Origin: a virus
Lineage: Duplodnaviria > Heunggongvirae > Uroviricota > Caudoviricetes
Direction: 5' to 3' (one strand)
DNA: 34,666 nt
IMG/VR virus record: IMGVR_UViG_3300045996_000470
Location: 1-34,666 of that record
The notes beneath the pieces were generated by a model. That model was not told the origin of the DNA. It was given only the letters and a program-made list of their open reading frames with translations, and ran no database searches. Position 1 is the first letter of the stretch. Each line of letters starts with the position of its first letter. Positions 24,197 through 29,384 of the stretch are shown in pieces. A program made the position numbers and the translations under genes.

Positions 24197-24341
24197 TTGA
24201 CAAAACCTAAATTTAGGTGTAATATAATTAAATGATGAATTTTTCAACTATAGCCAAGATTAAATCTGAATAACTACTTTGTGGTTTGGCTATAGGTGTA
24301 TTCCCTTCCAGACCGTGTGTTTGGAGGGGATTTTTATTTTT
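24197..24341 (+). promoter_or_regulatory. Candidate ribosome-mediated attenuator 2
   Basis: TTGACA-N17-TAATAT; leaderless ORF MMNFSTIAKIKSE*; 1:2, 2:3 and 3:4 hairpins plus T-tract. Confidence 0.7.
24232..24273 (+). CDS. Putative leader peptide MMNFSTIAKIKSE
   Basis: ATG at the predicted +1; core codons ATA GCC AAG ATT AAA. Confidence 0.55.
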   Translation: MMNFSTIAKIKSE

Positions 24342-24346
24342 AGGGG

Positions 24347-24374
24347 TTGACTTTTCCTGAAAATGTGTTAAGAT
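24347..24374 (+). promoter_or_regulatory. Possible internal promoter
   Basis: TTGACT-N16-TAAGAT. Confidence 0.45.
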
Positions 24375-24381
24375 AAAAAAG

Positions 24382-24521
24382 ATTGATAGTGGAGGCTAAG
24401 ATTGATAATCACTCCAACTCCGATGAAGAGGCTAATCTGCCTTCTAGAACCCGAAAGGGGACTAGGGTTATACGATAAGAGAAGAAGCTAGCACTTCGCC
24501 GTGCCGTGCTGTGGTCGGAGC
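24382..24521 (+). ncRNA. Candidate structured RNA upstream of tRNA-Ala
   Basis: TGGAG/CTCCA, CTCCGA/TCGGAG, GAAGAGGC/GCCTTC, CTAG-CCC-GAAA-GGG-CTAG and GCAC/GTGC helices. Confidence 0.4.
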
Positions 24522-24533
24522 AAAAAAGATTAA

Positions 24534-24609
24534 GGGGTCATCCAATATTGGCATTGGGTTTTGATTTGCAATCAAAAATCTGAGAGTTCGATTCTCTCTG
24601 GCTCCACCA
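24534..24609 (+). tRNA. tRNA-Ala(TGC)
   Basis: GGGGTCA/TGGCTCC with G3:U70, A73, CCA; TTTGA-TTTGCAA-TCAAA. Confidence 0.85.
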
Positions 24610-24701
24610 ATTCATTTCTATAGAAAGAAAACTGTTCGCGTTCGACTGATGGCGTGAAGACATAAAGCGGTAAGAGTCCGAATCAAGGTCATAGAATTTA
24701 A

Positions 24702-24786
24702 GCCCTTATGTGGAGAGTGGGATTCCAGCGGTCTTTTAAACCGATGCCATAAGGCGGGCGAGGTTCGATTCCTCGTGGGGGCACCA
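24702..24786 (+). tRNA. tRNA-Lys(TTT) with GCC-ATAA-GGC variable arm
   Basis: GCCCTTA/TGGGGGC, A73, CCA; CGGT-CTTTTAA-ACCG. Confidence 0.8.
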
Positions 24787-24789
24787 TAT

Positions 24790-24865
24790 GGGAGTATGGG
24801 GAAAGTAGTATCCTAGGAGCCTTTTAAGCTTCGGTTCTCCGTGCAAGTCGAGAGTGCTCCTACCA
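24790..24865 (+). tRNA. tRNA-Lys(TTT), second copy, atypical T-loop TGCAAGT
   Basis: GGGAGTA/TGCTCCT, A73, CCA; GGAGC-CTTTTAA-GCTTC. Confidence 0.75.
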
Positions 24866-24871
24866 AATTAT

Positions 24872-25159
24872 ATGGACAGATTAAAGAGACAAGCAAATTG
24901 GTGTAGGTTTGTTAAGCAAAGATTCAAAGAATCTGTCCAGACTTCGGACGGAAGGTGGAGAATGTTCGGCCCAGTTCACGTTAAATCCGAGGATTACGGC
25001 AAAGATTTCGGAGGACTCGTTCCCTATACTAACAGATACGTTAAGGCTGTTAAGAGAGAACTAAAGATTGAATACCGAGCAGCCAAGCGTGGCGAGAAAC
25101 AAGAGGTAAGGAAGGAAATAGAAAGAATCCTTCTAGAAGAAAATGAAACTGCCGTGTAA
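24872..25159 (+). CDS. Basic hypothetical protein, 95 aa
   Basis: In frame with the ORF-track call at 24854; ATG 6 nt after the tRNA CCA. Confidence 0.65.
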   Translation: MDRLKRQANWCRFVKQRFKESVQTSDGRWRMFGPVHVKSEDYGKDFGGLVPYTNRYVKAVKRELKIEYRAAKRGEKQEVRKEIERILLEENETAV

Positions 25160-25424
25160 ATATACTCCCTTAACCTTTGTCGAAAGGCGTAACGTTAGGG
25201 GAGAGTATATCAAACAACAAAAAGGATTGTGTTGGTATTGTCAAGGCAAGTTGGATGAAGAACCTCCGGAGAAAATCCTTAAGTATAAGGTCACTCCGAG
25301 GCTGTATCCAAAAGGATTTTTTGATAACCCTATTCACTTGCACCACGACCACGTAACGGATATGACGTTGGGAGCAGTTCACGCATATTGTAATGCAGTG
25401 CTTTGGAAATATTATGGGCAGTAA
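25143..25424 (+). CDS. Endonuclease VII-like (His-Me finger) protein, 93 aa
   Basis: QKGLCWYC...LHHDHVT....GAVHAYCN. Confidence 0.6.
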   Translation: MKLPCKYTPLTFVERRNVRGEYIKQQKGLCWYCQGKLDEEPPEKILKYKVTPRLYPKGFFDNPIHLHHDHVTDMTLGAVHAYCNAVLWKYYGQ

Positions 25425-25429
25425 TTTAT

Positions 25430-25513
25430 ACTAGCGTGACAGATGGGGATGTAGACAGCCGATTACTGTCGTTCGAAAGAGCTATGAGAGTTCGAATCTC
25501 TCCGCTAGTACCA
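25430..25513 (+). tRNA. Atypical tRNA, anticodon GAT (Ile), with C33/U37 and long variable arm
   Basis: ACTAGCG/CGCTAGT, A73, CCA; GACAG-CCGATTA-CTGTC; V-arm GTTC-GAAA-GAGC. Confidence 0.6.
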
Positions 25514-25517
25514 TTAT

Positions 25518-25934
25518 ATGAGCAAAAGATTCAACTCTGAAATCCTTAATCAGTTAATCAACGAGCGTTGGAACGATGAAGGATTAAACATTAAGGTAGA
25601 GTATAAAGATAGCTCACGATGGGCTGGAACAGCAACTATAAAGAAACTGATTAAAGTTAAGAAGGGCTTTAGTTACGAAGAATTAGCTGATGAAATAATC
25701 CAGTATATAAAAGATTGTTTGAATCAGAACGCAGGTACGAGTCCACTAGTTACCTTTCGTAAATGTCCTGATGGAAATTATTTTAACGCAAAGTTTGTTT
25801 GTGGTAGTGATGGAAAGTTTTGGAAAGAAGTTTACGCAAGAGTAACTTCAAATATGATTTATGCCCCAATGACAGAGATAACATTTAACGATGGGGATGA
25901 TTGGGTATTAGATTACTATAGAATGCCGTATTAG
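25518..25934 (+). CDS. Hypothetical protein, 138 aa (TAG stop)
   Basis: ORF track; wedged between two tRNA genes. Confidence 0.7.
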   Translation: MSKRFNSEILNQLINERWNDEGLNIKVEYKDSSRWAGTATIKKLIKVKKGFSYEELADEIIQYIKDCLNQNAGTSPLVTFRKCPDGNYFNAKFVCGSDGKFWKEVYARVTSNMIYAPMTEITFNDGDDWVLDYYRMPY

Positions 25935-25936
25935 AC

Positions 25937-26023
25937 GGGGGTATGTGGAGAGTGGGATTCCTGCTGGCTCTTAACCAGACAAGCGAAAGCTTAGACAAGG
26001 TTCGATTCCTTGTGCCCCTACCA
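25937..26023 (+). tRNA. tRNA-Lys(CTT) with AAGC-GAAA-GCTT variable arm
   Basis: GGGGGTA/TGCCCCT, A73, CCA; CTGG-CTCTTAA-CCAG; D-arm nearly identical to the tRNA at 24702. Confidence 0.8.
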
Positions 26024-26032
26024 ATTTTATAT

Positions 26033-26127
26033 GGAAGACAGCACAAGTGTGCGGGAGGGTCTTATAACCCCTTAATTGGCAGTAGATAACTGTTCACGGC
26101 TCCGAGCGTTACGGAGGTTTTCTACCA
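26033..26127 (+). tRNA. tRNA-Ile(TAT), 95 nt, very long variable arm, AGCGTTA T-loop
   Basis: GGAAGAC/GTTTTCT, A73, CCA; AGGG(T)-CTTATAA-(C)CCCT; V-arm GCAGT-AGATA-ACTGT. Confidence 0.7.
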
Positions 26128-26152
26128 AATTTATGCTAGATTTATGACCAGA

Positions 26153-26190
26153 CAAAAAGGCGTTACTTACTTCGGTGAGGACGCTTTTTG
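26153..26190 (+). terminator. Terminator-like hairpin closing the Ala/Lys/Ile tRNA cluster
   Basis: CAAAAAG(G)CGT...ACGCTTTTTG with an inner TTCG-capped stem. Confidence 0.6.
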
Positions 26191-26217
26191 TTCGTTTAAG
26201 GGGAGGGGGCCGGCCCC

Positions 26218-26246
26218 TTGACTCCTAGAGAAATTTCCTTTATAAT
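26218..26246 (+). promoter_or_regulatory. Sigma70-type promoter (leaderless)
   Basis: TTGACT-N17-TATAAT; ATG 6 nt downstream. Confidence 0.75.
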
Positions 26247-26252
26247 AGAAGG

Positions 26253-27122
26253 ATGGCTAATGGAGTAAAGAAACAGTCCGTGTGTTGGCAGTATGAGATG
26301 AGGACTGCTAATTTAAAAGAGGATTTGAAAGCAGCGGGGTTTACAAAGAAATATGTGGATGGGCTTACTTGCAGCGATTTTACTTTTAGAATTGTTACAG
26401 ATATACAAGAGAGAAGGAAACTCATTGATTTCATAAAGAGGCACGAGTGGCTTGGAACGATATCCCAATACCCCACTCACTACTTCGGGTGCTATCATAA
26501 AGGAGTGTTGGCAGGAGCTTTAATCCTGAATTTGCCCAACGCCTTTACTAAGATGTTGGGAGAAGAAACCCCGGAACTTGAGAGACTTATAAGTCGTGGT
26601 GCTTGCATTAGTTGGTCGCCTAAAGGTTTAGCCTCCAAGTTCATTATGTGGACTATCCGCTATATGGTGCAGAACACTAGGTATAGATTGTTCTCCGCAT
26701 ACAGTGATGTAGAAGCAGGAGAATTGGGAACTATCTATCAAGCCTGTGGTTTCTATTATATGGGGCAGAACGCAGGCACGACAACTCGCTATATCAATCC
26801 CTACACCGGTAAGGAAGTTAGCGATAGATTCTTTAGGCAGAGAGCGACTTATAAGAAGTATGCTAAAGAATTAAAAATAGAGTGGCAGAAAGATTGGACT
26901 GTAAAGACGGGGATGAACTGGAAAGCAATCCCCACAAAGGTTGCTGACAGGTTGAGAGCCTACAGTAGAGAGCAACAAAAAGCTCAAACACCAATCATTA
27001 AACCCAAAAAACACAAGTACGTTTATGTGCTTGGAAGGGACAAAAGAGAGACAAGGGAATTAAGGAAAAGATTCCTAGCAAATAACAAAACATTCAATTA
27101 TCCAAAAAAACGAGGAATATAA
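26253..27122 (+). CDS. Mom-like GNAT-fold DNA-modification protein, 289 aa
   Basis: FIKRHEWLG...YFG.Y..G.L.G...L...ELERL...LASKFI...LFSAYSD.EAGELGTIYQACGFYY.G pattern. Confidence 0.6.
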   Translation: MANGVKKQSVCWQYEMRTANLKEDLKAAGFTKKYVDGLTCSDFTFRIVTDIQERRKLIDFIKRHEWLGTISQYPTHYFGCYHKGVLAGALILNLPNAFTKMLGEETPELERLISRGACISWSPKGLASKFIMWTIRYMVQNTRYRLFSAYSDVEAGELGTIYQACGFYYMGQNAGTTTRYINPYTGKEVSDRFFRQRATYKKYAKELKIEWQKDWTVKTGMNWKAIPTKVADRLRAYSREQQKAQTPIIKPKKHKYVYVLGRDKRETRELRKRFLANNKTFNYPKKRGI

Positions 27123-27871
27123 TGAATTTAAAACAATACAGCAAGACTAAGGATTGCTACCGAAAACGTGGTGGATTTCTTATCGGCTTAAACGGTGTAG
27201 CTCAATCTGGAAAAGATAGTGTAGGACGTATTTTAGTACAGAGTCATGGATTTGAAAGACTTGCGTTTGCAGACGCTTTAAGGAAAGGACTCTACGACTT
27301 TAATCCTATTGTAGATATTAGGGTAGAACTAGAGCATGAAACCTTTTGGGAATGGCTTAGAGGTAAATCTGGTGGGTATACTACTAGAATTGTTAGGCTT
27401 AGGGAGTTAGTAGACGCGATAGGCTGGGATGAAGCTAAGGTTAAATACGATGAAATCCGGGTTGGGATGCAGAAGTATGGTACTGAAGCGGGGAGAAATA
27501 TTCATGGAGACGATTGCTGGATAAACATCATTAAGAGACAAATTGAGAATACTTCAGGCAAGAGTTATGTCATTACTGACATGAGGTTTGAAAACGAATT
27601 GGAAGAAGTTGAGAAGCTGGGCGGGCTGTTGGTACAAGTCCAAAGAGAAGGAGTCACTTCAGTTAATAATCATATTTCGGACAAGGTTTTGGATGAGAAT
27701 AGGTTTCACGCTATCATAGAGAATAACGGCACTCTGGGTGATTTAGAAGATAAGGTGGGAAGGCTGCTGAATGACCTTAACCCGTTTAAGAATACAGCAG
27801 GAATTTCTTCCTTTTCCAAATTTATAGAGAACAAAATCCCGCAAAAGCCCTTGACAAAGTACGGATATTAG
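27122..27871 (+). CDS. Deoxynucleoside monophosphate kinase (phage type)
   Basis: IGLNGVAQSGKDSVG P-loop; LAFADALR; MQKYGTEAGR; VITDMRFENE. Confidence 0.9.
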   Translation: MNLKQYSKTKDCYRKRGGFLIGLNGVAQSGKDSVGRILVQSHGFERLAFADALRKGLYDFNPIVDIRVELEHETFWEWLRGKSGGYTTRIVRLRELVDAIGWDEAKVKYDEIRVGMQKYGTEAGRNIHGDDCWINIIKRQIENTSGKSYVITDMRFENELEEVEKLGGLLVQVQREGVTSVNNHISDKVLDENRFHAIIENNGTLGDLEDKVGRLLNDLNPFKNTAGISSFSKFIENKIPQKPLTKYGY

Positions 27872-27879
27872 TATAATAT
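27851..27879 (+). promoter_or_regulatory. Promoter of the CUA tRNA
   Basis: TTGACA followed by TATAAT (15 nt spacer) or TAATAT (17 nt spacer). Confidence 0.55.
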
Positions 27880-27888
27880 ATAGGATAA

Positions 27889-27958
27889 GCGCGGTCTAGG
27901 GTAGGCGATGGGTCTCTAAAACCCTGTAGCGAGGATTCGAACTCCTCATCGCGCGCCA
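27889..27958 (+). tRNA. Amber suppressor tRNA(CTA), 70 nt, compact Pyl-like geometry
   Basis: GCGCGGT/ATCGCGC, G73, CCA; GGGT-CTCTAAA-ACCC; GAGGA-TTCGAAC-TCCTC; tiny D-arm. Confidence 0.75.
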
Positions 27959-27964
27959 ACATTT

Positions 27965-28180
27965 ATGGATAATAGAGCAAAGAAATTAGAAGAGTTGGAA
28001 GCCCTCCAAAGACTTCAGAACGAAGCGGAACTACAAAGTAGGATTGACTGGCTAGAGACCACAGTGTCCTCCTTAGTTACCGAAGTAACCGAACTTAAAA
28101 GAAATCTCACAGGACTTCAGATGGAGTTTAACAGAGACCACACAAGACTAGGAGCGCAAGATGCTCCCTACAGAAAATAA
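27965..28180 (+). CDS. Coiled-coil hypothetical protein, 71 aa
   Basis: ORF track; ATG 6 nt after the tRNA CCA. Confidence 0.65.
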   Translation: MDNRAKKLEELEALQRLQNEAELQSRIDWLETTVSSLVTEVTELKRNLTGLQMEFNRDHTRLGAQDAPYRK

Positions 28181-28183
28181 CCT

Positions 28184-28486
28184 ATGTTTCATATCTTAAT
28201 TGAGAACTCAACCCCTAATCATTTAGTCGGCGGTCCTTGGACTAGTGTTTTTCCCCGCATTCATTCAGGAGAAGTGGTCGCCTCTTTTCTAGAGTGCGGA
28301 TTACGTGGAGGACAGGTCAGAGAAGCTCTTAGCCACACAGAAGCTAAAAGGCTTATTAAAGCAGGTAAACTAAACAGGGACAGGGCTTGCAAGTCGTGTC
28401 TCCGAAGAATAGGAGGCAGGTATAACGATGGCAAAGTTCAAAAAGATGGTGAAGCAAGTCAATCTAATGGAGAGACGAATGAATAA
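28184..28486 (+). CDS. Hypothetical protein with Cys motifs, 100 aa
   Basis: ORF track; ECG...ACKSC. Confidence 0.55.
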   Translation: MFHILIENSTPNHLVGGPWTSVFPRIHSGEVVASFLECGLRGGQVREALSHTEAKRLIKAGKLNRDRACKSCLRRIGGRYNDGKVQKDGEASQSNGETNE

Positions 28487-28658
28487 CCTCGTGGCTATGT
28501 TGGCTGTAACCGCACACAAGAACGGTGGAAAGCTAACTATTACAAAAGAGGACATGGAATCTCTTCCGGAAGTAGGATTTGGGATGGAGCATAACGAAGG
28601 GACTTTTACTGTAACGCTTAAGTATAACAACGAGTTAGCAGAGAAGGCACCCTCCTAA
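28428..28658 (+). CDS. Hypothetical protein, 76 aa
   Basis: AGGAGG upstream; overlaps the previous ORF. Confidence 0.65.
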   Translation: MAKFKKMVKQVNLMERRMNNLVAMLAVTAHKNGGKLTITKEDMESLPEVGFGMEHNEGTFTVTLKYNNELAEKAPS

Positions 28659-28691
28659 GGTATTCATAAAAGAGGCACTTAGCCCTGAGCT

Positions 28692-28721
28692 TTGACTTCT
28701 ACCCCTAAAATGGGTTAGAAT
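28692..28721 (+). promoter_or_regulatory. Promoter of the GIY-YIG gene inside a long imperfect inverted repeat
   Basis: TTGACT-N18-TAGAAT; AGCCCT...AGGGCT arms spanning 28681-28736. Confidence 0.55.
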
Positions 28722-28736
28722 AAAAGGCTGAGGGCT

Positions 28737-29384
28737 TTGTATTTCTATATGTTGATTTATCGAATCACTAATAAGGTCAATGATAAACGCTACATAGGAC
28801 AGACTATTCAATCCTTACAGAGAAGGTTTAATCAACACTGTAAAGGAAAATCTGTACTGAGTAGCGCCATACGTAAGTACGGGAAGGATAATTTTATCGT
28901 AGAAGAGTTAGCCATAGCTAAGTCTTTAGAAGAATTGAACGGGCTGGAAAAACAATACATCATAGAGAATAATTGTATTGCTCCTTTGGGGTATAACCTA
29001 CAAAAAGGCGGTAACACGGCTAAAGCTACGGAAAATACTAAGAAGAAGCTGAGTGCATCCATTAAGGCTATGTGGAAGGATAAGGATTATAGAAACAAAA
29101 TGTGTGAATCTATGAAATCTATTCAACACAGTGAACATAACAAAAACAGATTGAGAACTTTATTTGCAGGACACCAACACTCTCCCTCAAGTAAGCAAAA
29201 AATATCGCAAAAAGTTAGGGGAAGTGCCAATGCTAACTCCAAACTAAACGAATTAGACATTAAATTTATTAGACATTGGAAATCAGTTGGCGGCAGAAGT
29301 AAAGATATTTATACTTGTTTCTATATAAGTAAAAGTTTATTTCATGCTATTGTCAACAAAGAATGCTGGAGACACGTAGAATGA
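28737..29384 (+). CDS. GIY-YIG homing endonuclease (Seg-like, NUMOD3-type C-terminus); start may be ATG 28749
   Basis: LIYRITNKVNDKRYIGQT...RFNQH...YNLQKGG; HSPSSKQKIS repeat. Confidence 0.9.
   Translation: MYFYMLIYRITNKVNDKRYIGQTIQSLQRRFNQHCKGKSVLSSAIRKYGKDNFIVEELAIAKSLEELNGLEKQYIIENNCIAPLGYNLQKGGNTAKATENTKKKLSASIKAMWKDKDYRNKMCESMKSIQHSEHNKNRLRTLFAGHQHSPSSKQKISQKVRGSANANSKLNELDIKFIRHWKSVGGRSKDIYTCFYISKSLFHAIVNKECWRHVE

Noticed and set aside
24418-24470. Hammerhead-like CCGATGA-stem-AGAA motif
   Set aside because: Lacks invariant U4, the GAAA is imperfect, there is no A15.1-U16.1 pair or NUH site, and stem I is weak
24382-24609. Possible tmRNA (Ala acceptor ending GCTCCACCA)
   Set aside because: The Ala element is a complete cloverleaf with a UGC anticodon arm; no tag reading frame or tmRNA layout is evident
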